Below are positions 13,901-24,700 of a DNA stretch of 64,000 bases, piece by piece (the first letter of the stretch is position 1; every line of letters starts with the position of its first letter). The stretch is from Hydrurus foetidus (Eukaryota), in assembly GCA_900617105.1 (NCBI GenBank), contig UYFQ01000471.1, positions 1 to 64,000 of the forward strand, given 5' to 3'. Under the pieces are notes generated by a model. The model saw only the letters and a program-made list of their open reading frames with translations. It was not told where the DNA came from and did not search any database. Made by a program: the position numbers and the translations under genes.

Positions 13901-14444
13901 CATATCCCCATACTGGCAGAAACTTCATTGCCACGCTATATCTCGCGATCCAACCGCCTGAGTTCGGAAATCTGTAAGATGATTTCACTGCAGATGGAAC
14001 TTCGGGGCAGCCGCCAACACCGGACCTACACACCCTGTCCGCAGCAAATAGAATGGTGTTATTGCGCTCTATCTTACGGAAGTCTGTTTCCAAATGAGAT
14101 GCGTTAGTAGCATACAGCGCGGATTCTACATCGCTGAAGACGATGATATCGTCGTCGCTGAAATCAGCTCTCCGATCCTGTAGGTATCTCAAGAAAATTA
14201 TTGGTCGAACCTCCGCCGACAAGTTTGTTGTTGCAAGATGTGCTGGTAGTTGTCCGATGCTAGAGTTCTGTGACTCCACTATGTTCAGATCAATGCCATT
14301 CGATATTACACTATGTACTGAGGAGCACAGATCTGCACTTGCAAAACCAGCCAGGTAAGTGATGAAACGCACTCTTGACGCCTCTCTAACGCCAATAAAG
14401 AGGCAGATGCAACTCAGAAGTAAGACATTTCTCGAGACGGACAT
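10924..14444 (-). CDS. Secreted/Golgi glycosyltransferase with N-terminal PLOD-like GT domain and C-terminal CAP10/GT90 domain; exons ~14444-12536, ~11988-11692, ~11178-10924
   Basis: N-terminal signal/anchor. PLOD-GT-like motifs DDDIIVFSD, ILFAADRVC, YRFPNSGGWIA, DQ, VDYNCVIFQT. GT90 motifs KAAFFG, YKYLIVIAG, LKPWVHY, WLKKHPKMAQRLALNARNF. GT-AG boundaries at 12535/11989. Confidence 0.75.
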
Positions 14445-16108
14445 TCCAGTTTACAACTACCCGTGCCAGCAAATTAGAATCTCTCGATACGTGCAGTTAC
14501 GATTATTTCCTAAGCAGTTACATGAACGAGTTTAGCTCCAACTCCTCCACTCTCCTGTCTCTCTCATATGAGAAAAGGATCGGATTTTTGAAAGTTGGTG
14601 CTATATACGCCATACAGTAGCCTCCCTGACAAAGTAATTTCGAACAGGAACCTTCTCTTGTTTCCTCTTGGATTTTGAAATTCAAATTTTTTCATTTTCC
14701 GTTGAAATTCGAAGTTTTGTGGGAACGTACCGTGTGCCGCCTTCGTACAACCGCCGTACGCAGCAGATTTGAAGATTCCTTATTTATGGTAAGTATCCTG
14801 TACATTCTTTTATCGAATAAAAATCGAACTCAAATCAATTGTAGTCAACGAAAGCGAAGCTGCAAAGGGAGCTTTTCATTTCTCAACAGGAATCTTTTGA
14901 AAAGGCTCTATTCACATTCTTTCGTCAGATTCGAGTTTGTCAGACAAATTGCGGAGAAAAGTGCGATCATGCGTTCGGAGACATGTTCTAATATTGCTGA
15001 GTCGTTTATTAGTTTCATGATATGATCTATGTACTGTGCTGTAAAATCACCTATTCTTGTGAACAAGATTTGTTAGGCGGTAAAATGATTTGAGGAGTGT
15101 TCGGGTTCGGTTCTGTAGACTGCAGAACATCAAAAAGAAAAAAGAGATCTATTTTATAGAGGAGGCACCAGATGGAGAAGGGTAGATGGTTCTTAGACAG
15201 AGCTGATCACAAGCGCTGTCCACCATTCTCCACCCAAAGCACTCCCTTCTTTTGATCACACAGAGAGGTATTACCAAAGTGAAGCTGTCAAAATCGGGTG
15301 TGTTGAAATGTATCGACCCGGTCCTCTGTCTCATCCCAGACCCATCAATAATTATAGCTGTGAACTAACACAGTGTATACTTTACACTGTAGAATCCGTC
15401 GCGACACTTCACATGCGGATGAGGACAAACAGCGTTAGGAGTACGGATAGGGATAGGGACTGCTGATGTCACTAGTGCGCACCTCGCGACATCTGAACAA
15501 CATTATTTACGTACTGTTCACGTACTTGCACACAATGGGAAAAGATATTTCTTTGACGCTACCACACATTCACCAGTCATGATGCTATGAAATTATGTGA
15601 TGGGATGTGATATGATGCGATGTGATGCAGATCCAGGACTGGTCATTCCGATTTCTTCTTCTTGCCTTCCCTTCCCGTTCCCCCTGCAGTGCAGAAGCTG
15701 TTCGGCTGGACAGTATGTGCCGCGTCCAAGAAGTGATCTGTCCGAACGAACATACATGTAGATTGTCAAATGCTGATCAGGATACAAGACGGTGAGGGAA
15801 AACTTCATATCGATGGCAATGCATCTGCATGGACCCCAAAATAGAGGGAAGTGAAAATGCTTTAGAGCAGCAATGTGGCATGATGCATAGAGGTAAAAAC
15901 AATGGAAGAAACATGCACAACATAAAATCGTGTATCATATCCCACACCGCACGTGTTGATCATATGTGCAGTGATTTAATCAGGTGTAACAGGTTGGAGG
16001 TGAAATACTACCTGTATTGCCGATTGTCCACTATCACCAATTGGTCGCGGAGCAGAGCAGAGTAACTCATTCTTCAGTTGGATGCAGTATGAGACTGAAT
16101 AAATCCTG

Positions 16109-17623
16109 TCAGCTGATTTTGACTGGAGGGTTGTCAACGAGATGCTGGATGCTTGAAGCCGTACTGGGCAGTACGTGCGATCCTCTCAGCAGGCGCATTA
16201 GGTCTCTCATGTCTCCCTTAAGTGCATCTGCATCATTTGAGCTAGCTGTGCAAGCAGATAGCTGGTCTTCCACACTCTCATAATCTTTTTCTTTTTCTTC
16301 TTCTGTTACTGATGCTACATCCTGAGTTGCTTTCGGTGGCTTCTCATTTATTGTAGATACTGCTGATACATGCAAAGCTGCACTATCTACCATTGACTCG
16401 CCTTTGCTTCCTGAATGAACGCCAATCCCTCTGACATGTATTCCCTCGTTTTGCGGTATTTCTCTTCGTGGCTCATCTTCCAAGATCGTGTGTGTAGAGT
16501 CAATGACGTTTGATGCAGCTGCCAGTGTCACAATGTTAGCTGTCCTCTGCGCAACATCTGACGAAACGTCGGGCATTGTAATAGGCTCAACAGTGACAGC
16601 ACCGCACTTCTCCATCCATAGCTGTTCAGCGGCAGTTTTGGTCGCCACTAGCTCTTCAATACGATTTTGCAGGAGATTCATGCGGGTGAATAAAGGCGCT
16701 AGCTTGACGTCCAAGAGATGCGCAATGTCCGCCATCAGAATTGTTTTCATCATTGCCATTTCGGAGTATGGATTTCTCTGTTGTGCTGGGATGTGGGGAG
16801 AACTTCTCTGTTGCTCCTCAACTGATGCCGTCTTGCCGCGAAGCGATTCAGCGTGAGGTGCTTTACTCTGATTCCTCATTGAAAATAGATGAGGTGGTAA
16901 AAGCCCACCAGTGCTCATGTCCATTTGACCCACACCGCAATTACTGGAAGTTCTCAATGGTTCGTCTAGGAAACTGCCAGTGGTGGTTGAAGAACAGGAC
17001 TCGGTTTTGGGTTGTATTTCAGTCTGTCTGACAACTGTCAAAGATAGCTGCATCAACTGAAGTTCTATCAATCCTGTCGGTTTTGATTCCGTTGGTAACT
17101 TATTCGTCTTAATGGAAAGGAACTTAAGGCGTAGCTTGGAATAGGTGAAACGCTGGTGGAGCTCATGAGTAAACATCATCAATGCACAGCCCGTCGTATC
17201 AGCGCACATTCCTTTCATTGTAGCTAAGTAATTACCATCAACGTACAATTCGACGAAACGTGCGTTCGTCTGGATTGCAACTTGACTAACTACTGTAGGA
17301 GTTGCAGGCAGCTCGCAGTCAATCTCAATCCAAGCAGGATCCTTGCCAGGGTGAATCGCTGTATCTAGTTCCAATGTAAAGGTGGGAGAACCGAATGTAG
17401 TTTTGAATGGCTCAGTTGCTATACCATCGCATAATTCGAAGGTAGGTTGAAGGAATAACGATTCTCCTCGATTTTGATCCAGCACCCAAATGGGGGAACA
17501 AATAATTTCCATGGTTTGAACGAGCGTAGGCTTCACAACCGCGGTGCCGGGTTGAAGATTTATGTCAGAAAGGAAAGGGAAAATTACTGCGCTGCATGTG
17601 GATGCAGAGGGTTCCCTTTGCAC
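16109..17623 (-). CDS. PAAT/C10orf88-like protein (probable start at MEIICSP, ~17512)
   Basis: 504-aa ORF. IQTNARFVELYVDGNYLATMKG resembles the PAAT-like domain core, followed by a low-complexity/coiled-coil tail. Family call is from motif memory. Confidence 0.6.
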   Translation of the reverse strand: MQREPSASTCSAVIFPFLSDINLQPGTAVVKPTLVQTMEIICSPIWVLDQNRGESLFLQPTFELCDGIATEPFKTTFGSPTFTLELDTAIHPGKDPAWIEIDCELPATPTVVSQVAIQTNARFVELYVDGNYLATMKGMCADTTGCALMMFTHELHQRFTYSKLRLKFLSIKTNKLPTESKPTGLIELQLMQLSLTVVRQTEIQPKTESCSSTTTGSFLDEPLRTSSNCGVGQMDMSTGGLLPPHLFSMRNQSKAPHAESLRGKTASVEEQQRSSPHIPAQQRNPYSEMAMMKTILMADIAHLLDVKLAPLFTRMNLLQNRIEELVATKTAAEQLWMEKCGAVTVEPITMPDVSSDVAQRTANIVTLAAASNVIDSTHTILEDEPRREIPQNEGIHVRGIGVHSGSKGESMVDSAALHVSAVSTINEKPPKATQDVASVTEEEKEKDYESVEDQLSACTASSNDADALKGDMRDLMRLLRGSHVLPSTASSIQHLVDNPPVKIS

Positions 17624-17960
17624 TAAGTGAGTAAAGTGAATTCACTGTGATGGAGAGACAGGGAGACAGGAGACAAGAGACCATGAGACAACACATATCA
17701 CATCGATCACACCGCAGTCATTTTCGATTCTGTTCCGACCCCGCTCCCCGCTGTCAGCTGTCAGCTGTAACGCTGTCACGCTCTGTGTCTGTGATGTCAC
17801 TTGTTTCTTTGTTTCATATTCTGCTATTACTCTACTCATACCAACCAAGGAGGATTGTGCAAGAGATCACCATGCGCGTTATCATCCTTTAGCTATCGTC
17901 CACGCTCAACTTTCCGTTGGAAACACGGACAAATTTTGTCTGATCAACTGAGTTGTTAGA

Positions 17961-19030
17961 ATGGATATTCTGAGACGTGTAGTTCTACTTACTATTGCAG
18001 CCAACTTCTATGCGGCAGCTTTTTCAACCAACCGCGACAATTACTTTCGTCGGAATCGAACCGCTCAATCTTTGTCGATGAAGCTTGAATATCGAAATGC
18101 AAAACTTTCCGACATAAGAGCAATTTCAGAGCTGTGCTCTGAATCATTTGACGGACCATTCCAATGGCATCAGCAGATCCAGAAACTCCAAAGCATAGAC
18201 TCTTTTCAAGTGCAGCTGACTGATAGACTGAACAATCTTGTGTTGAAAGGAATAAAGCACAGTATGATAGTGGCGATCGACAACGAGAAACCTGAAAAGT
18301 CGTCTGTGATGGGATTTGTAGAAATTGGTCTCCTGCCGAGCCCGGTGGCGCCTGAGGATCCACCGACAGTTAGTGATAGCGATATAGAATCGTTCCAAAC
18401 TTTAGAGTCACTTCAGTCTAATACTGACCAAGACCAATCTGCGAAGGTTAGAAAGGACGTGGTTTTAACAGGCAGTGAAAACGTGGGAGATCTCTCCAAC
18501 AGCGAATCCAATGTCATCTCCTCCCAGGCAGCGCCTGTTGAGACTGACAGCAGCAGTAGTAGCAGTGTGAATGAGCTCGTTTCAGCTGCAGAAAGCGAAG
18601 TGAAGCGAAGGACCAGGAGAGATGAGGTGCCTTATCTGGGGAACGTGGCAGTATCACCAGACTGCAGGTGAGACTTGCGTTGACTTTGATTGCGTCTTCC
18701 TCTTTTGAGTCACTGCATTACATAAATAATTCATCGCATGACCGCAGTGACCAACTACGTATTAATTTGACGGCCAATAGGCGGCAGGGTGTCGGAATGA
18801 AATTAGTTAAAATCGGTTTGAAAGTCACTGAAAAATGGGGTGACCCCAAACTATTCGTTGTAGTTGAAAGCGGCAACGTAGGTGCAATAAAGATGTATGA
18901 GAAGCTTCAGTTTGCTTGTGTTATGAAGGAGGAGGATAACATCAATCGCAGGATGGACAAAGTTCCCAGAATATTCATGTCAATAGACGTTCCAATAAAG
19001 CGGGCTGCTGTTGCCGATACCGTGCTGTAA
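17961..19030 (+). CDS. GNAT-family N-acetyltransferase, probably plastid-targeted; exons 17961-18667 and 18781-19030
   Basis: Splicing the GT-AG intron 18668-18780 restores PYLGNVAVSPDCRRQGVGMKLV (acetyl-CoA motif A) and NVGAIKMYEKLQF. Signal peptide ends AAAF, like the heterokont ASAFAP motif. Confidence 0.88.
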
Positions 19031-20779
19031 GTAAGTACATCATCATACTTACTGATCTCTTCGCGAAGCAGATACAGTCGATCAGATAGGCAAAGCAACT
19101 CTTTGCTGCCTCAGCATGCAACGACTAATAGTGGTGAAGCGATGTGACCGACAGCATGTAAAGTGATATCGAAGAGGAGGACGCAAAGTGCGCGGACATC
19201 ACACGATATGTGCACACCGCACTCAGCACCGATATCGTGTCATATTCAAGTACAAGGTCGCTGCAGCGCTAATATTGTGACAGGAGAGTAATGTCGTCGG
19301 TCTGAATCCATGGTAGAAACAAAAATGGTGTTGGTCCTCCATCGTGATCCTGTCACATCGTTTAAGCTGAAGAAGTACTTCATTGTCCTGCTGGCGAGTG
19401 CAAAGTACTTAATCGTAGGCGTGCTCTACACCGTCCATGCATGTGTAATCTTGGAAACATCACTAGAGGGTCCGACTAGGAGAGATGCTGATCCCAACCG
19501 TCATGCAATCAAATCAGATCATATCAAATTATATCACAAATCAAATCAAGCGACTCGACTAGCTAGAACTCATCACTCATCGATCTACCCCACCACTTCC
19601 ATATCTAGTACGATATGCTTCAGCAGCTTTGCACTGATCTAATTGCTTTCAACAAGTAAACAACGAAGGTCAACAGTGAAGAAGAACTTTTTGAACTGAT
19701 TCTGCTCGCCCACAGCACGCAACTGCCTTTCTGATGGAAAGTCAACCTCATGCAGACTCCCAGAAACGATTTCGCAATCATGTGGCATTGAAGAACAACA
19801 GAGTCAAACAGGTCTGTTGGGTTAGACACTTTCTGTGAAGAGACTACAAGTAATTCAGAGTGCACCATCTGCCCTGAAACGTCCCGACCACTGGCACTAC
19901 TACAAATCGGGAAGGGGTCCCTAGCCTTATTATTGCACTGCACTGTGCTGCATCTCAATGTGCGGACTTCAACTTGCTCGCACTATCATCTTCAAATCAA
20001 CCCAACACTCGGGATGAACGTAAGTAGAGTTCATTCCTGTCCAGTGACGTGCCAAATATAGGCGAAGTAGTGTGAAATCAGAGAAAGAATATGAGTCATT
20101 AAGTGTTACATTTCATGGAACTAAATGTGACGTGATGCAATAAAATTGACACTGAAAAACAAAGGAAGAGTACGGAGTGACGGGTACTGAGAAAGGTTAA
20201 ATGGTGAGCCGGAGTGTCGAGATTTCTCGTTCTTCTGGCACTGTAGGCAGTCGAAACAACTGCACTGCACTAGTGGCACAATGCTGTCGCCACGTTACTT
20301 TTCAGCTGATTTGAGACAATCTAAAACCTTATAGAATACATCAAAGAAAACAGCAACGCGGATTCATCGTGTCACGTGTACTCAGCAGGCAAAAATAATT
20401 TGTACGAAACGCGAAGATTGACTTATGCGAATCGGGATTGAAATTAGATGACTAACAAAACACATTGGAGGTGCCCTCTTCTGGTAATTGGCAATTTCTA
20501 AATCAAGTAACTCCTGATTTAGGTAGGTTAAAAGGAACAAAGAAGAAGTGGCTTGAGTGCTTTGACAGCTTGATAGCGGAGCATCAATTAGTTGCTGTTA
20601 AATGTCCGAGACATAAACTCGATTGTCCCTCGGAGTGCCTTGATCCCTGTATGAATTATCATTTTGATTGATCTCCATGTACGCCCCATCTGTTTCCTTG
20701 CCGGAGAAGCATTTAACACAGAAAGCGAGACACACAAAGACTATGGCGATAGGAATGACGACTGTATACCACATGGTGC

Positions 20780-21706
20780 CTACAGCATTGTGAGAGGAGA
20801 GGAATGTAGGGAAATAAAAGAAGAGTTATTGGGATTGGAAAGTGAGTATTGGGTGACATTTTCAACAGCATTTGCTAATGTTCTCATACCTGCGTTTTTT
20901 GGAGAATTAGTTGGGAATGACGTAGGGGCTGAACTATTTTGCGTTGCCGAATATTCAGAGATTCTCCTACTAATCCCAGACATCTCTGCTGTGCGACTGA
21001 CGTCAACAGAATCTGTCTTCAGATGAGGCATTGAAGCTGGACGGAATAGCAAAGGACATCATTGAATGTTAGCATTTTTGGAGTGAAACAGAAATTCTCA
21101 CCATGACGGGTGAAATTCACATCAGGTGAGTCTTGGTGAAGGGCAATACTTGGTTGCAAATGTTGCGATGAGAAGAGAAAAAATGCCCAACTCAGTGGCA
21201 ATAATGCCTGATTTTCGGCATCTTATCATTGTGACATTTGCCAACCTGGGCAGTTGTAAATCCATTTCTTCCAATCTGAGGCTCCGTCGTAACAAATTTT
21301 GTCAACTCCGCCACCACAGTCTACAATTATGAGATCAACGCGATTAGAATTAATGAATATGATACTGTCAGCCGATGAAAGGAGTCGTCTTATGCAGGAA
21401 AAATGTGGGACCTGGCGGAAATTTTCCAAGAGTTTCGAGAGAAGTGTAATTTGACCCAGCGGATATCATGTTGAATGTACCCCTCCAAAAGAAATCCTTT
21501 TCGTTCCTCCGACCACCAACAAATAAATAGGGTCCTGGACATTGTGTTATGGTTTGTCGGAATGCGACTACTTGGCAGAAGTTACATGCAACTTTGGAGA
21601 GATTCGAGGACGAGACATTACCAAAGTTGACACCCAGTGTGACCGAATGAGGAATTGCAGACGCGAAGAATGTGAAAATGTGGGCAAGGAAGGATATGAA
21701 GCGCAT
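20780..21706 (-). pseudogene. Possible fragmented secreted-protein gene next to the Copia-1 insertion
   Basis: Signal-peptide-like start MRFISFLAHIFTFFASA followed by overlapping short ORFs in shifting frames; no family recognised. Confidence 0.3.
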
Positions 21707-21749
21707 CTTAGGAGAGTACGTCTTCTCTGCTAAACTGTAAGACTCCTCC

Positions 21750-24700
21750 TGTTGGATATTATGTCTTAGGGCTACCGTTAGTTGCGAGGTGTACTTACGT
21801 GTGTACGTTGCCGAGTCCGGTTAACGGCACAACACTTTGAATGCGTGAAAATGAATAAGTTAGTTAGCGTACTACACTGTAGTTTTGTAGCTGACCGAAT
21901 AAACCTCGTGGCTAATGCACAGGGACATTAGTCACTAGTTTAACTAACAAGTACTGACCGAAAGTATTCATTATTTTACAAGCCTTGGAACGTTCCGTAC
22001 ATCTGAGCTGTTCGAGAACTCTGGATTTTCAACATAGTTAAACTGAGAGGAAGCATCGTGATGCCTCCCAAACGTTCCCCAGAACCTAAAGATGCAAAGG
22101 GATGCATGCTTCAGATTGGGAAATTCAACAACGTAGTCGCCTGGAACCTTGAGATGAGGTCTCTAACGGTGACGGCCTACGGTAGTAGCGCCCTGTTCCT
22201 GACCACGAATGAGAGATTCGTATATCCACTTCCACGAGAGGAAGACTTCCTGGTGGAGTACCCTGTAGGTCCTGATGACCTCCCTGCACTCCCGATGTCA
22301 GCTGCACTCATTGCTGACTGCAAGAGAGATGCATTTACGGGCAGACAAAAGGACATCAGGAAACAGAAAGAAAATGAAAAGATGCTCTATGGGTTCATTT
22401 GGGACAAAATGTCCACCGCCTCCCAAAGCAAAGTGAAAGAAGAGGAAGAATTCGAACTGGCAGACGTTGATAAGGATCCCGTCATGCTGTGGACTCTCAT
22501 CAGGCGCACTCACCTGACTCACGTTCATGGGATTCAAGAACCCATGGTTCGCCTCAACAAACGGGAACAGATCGCCAAATACAGCGCACTGAGACAAGGT
22601 GATAGGGAGTACATTGCCTCTTTTAAAATTCGTTATGACGCACAGGTCCAGGCCGGCATCGGAGCCGGGCTCCCTGTCATTGACGAAGAAACCATGGCAA
22701 TGGACTTCCTCCACAAACTCGATCCGAAAAGATTCGAGAAAATGCTCAACCATATGCGAAGAAACGCTATATGTAACGCTGGGGAGTCTTATCCGGCTAC
22801 TCTAGCCGCCGCAGTCCGGATAGCGTCAGCATGGCCAGATGAAGGTTCAGGGTCCGTGAACCCTTCAGGAACCGATACCCACTCTGCATTCCTCACAGCA
22901 GACTCAGCCTTTGTGACGAAGTCTAAGGACAAGAAACAGAGCACCAATTCAACGACCGACAAATCTCCTACCGGAAAGAAGAAATCGCTCACTGAAGTAG
23001 AATGCTATGTTTGCGGCGAATTCGGTCATTATGCTAGGGACTGCAAGGACAGAAAATCTAAGGCTAAAGCTCTCGTGACTAATTCTGGTGGAGGGAATGG
23101 TGTGGATGATGATGGTTATGAGCATGACGACGAAGAGGGCACGATCTATGTTACAACTTCCGAAATGATCCTATTCTCTAAGGACGACGTACTGCTAGAC
23201 AGCCAAGCTTCGGTTAATGTTTTCTGCAACCCTCGGTTGCTGAGAAATGTGAGGAAATCGGATCGACAAGTCCTACTCAACGGAGTCCAATCCGGTGCTG
23301 CAGGCGTCAGGATCACACAAGAAGGTGACTTCAATGACGTAGGGAAAGTCTATTTCAGTGCAGAATCAACAGCCAATATATTGTCCTATGCTGTAATGGT
23401 CGACGAAGGGAATGGAGTATCATACGATCAATTAAACGATAGATTCGAGCTTCGTCCAGCTGGAAGCCAACTCATCTATTCGTTCTGTAGGAAGCAAGTC
23501 CCTGGGAGTGAAGGACGATTTTACTGTTGCAACGTCAAAACTATGGTGGGGAAGTCGGCAACAATCTATGCGGACATTAGAGATCTGAAGTCAGTCGACC
23601 ACGCTCTCATTGAGACAGAGCGCGACAATATGTCGAAATATACCAAACGTGAAGTGGAAGGTGCTTATAAGGCACGAGAACTGCTTGCGAAAATGGGATT
23701 CCCACCAGTCTCCCAAGCGATCGAGATCGCTACAAGAGGTGTGAATTTCACTGTCACAGCAAGGGATTTCCACGTTGCTAATGATATCTGGGGTCCTGAC
23801 ATTGCGTCTCTGAAGGGAAAGTCGAAGAAACAGTCGACCAACATTGCTGAGATTGAAATTGGACAGCGATTGGTACAGCAAGAGCAGATTCTTTCTGTTG
23901 ATGTTATGTATGTCGAGGGTATACCCTCCCTCATCGGCTTGGCGACACCATTGGATCTAACGATGGCCGTGTCGTTGTTGACTCTCGATTCCATTCACGG
24001 TTCGAGGGCAACAAGTATCATCAGGGATGGTATCCTCGGTTTCATATCAACGTTGGCGTCTCGAAACTTCGTGACTCGACTGATTATGAGTGACGGAGAG
24101 GGGGCAATTGGGAAGATGACAACCAACCTTAATCTCATGGGCATTGAAGTCGACGTCAGTGGTGCTGGCGGGCACGTTGCTCGAATCGAGAGAAAGATTC
24201 AAACGGTGAAAGAAAGGGTGAGAGCACATATTTCACATCAACTCCCCTTCACGCTAACCACTCTTGGCGTGGCGATGTTAGTGTTGTTTTGTGTGTCTAG
24301 GTTGAATTACCAGACATCCGGTGTCGGAAGCAGGTCCGAGAGCCCAAGAGTCGCGTTCTCAGGAAGACAGATCAATGAGACACTCGACTTCCGGGCCGGT
24401 TTTGGTCAATATGCACAATGTACTGTGGCTAACACCGATAGTAACATGGGTGCACGCACCGAGGATTGTATCGTAATGTTACCAACCGGTAACAGAACGG
24501 GATCAGTGAAAATGATGTCAATCAAGACTGGTAAGTTAGTCACGAGAGATCAATTTAAACTACTCCCGATGCCATCCACTGTAATTGCCAGGCTCAACGA
24601 GATGGCAGCGGGTGAAGGGAGAAAGATCGGTACCAGATCGAACATGGTGTACAGAGAGGAGAGAGGGTTGCTGAAAGATAATGTGACGTACATACGTCCA

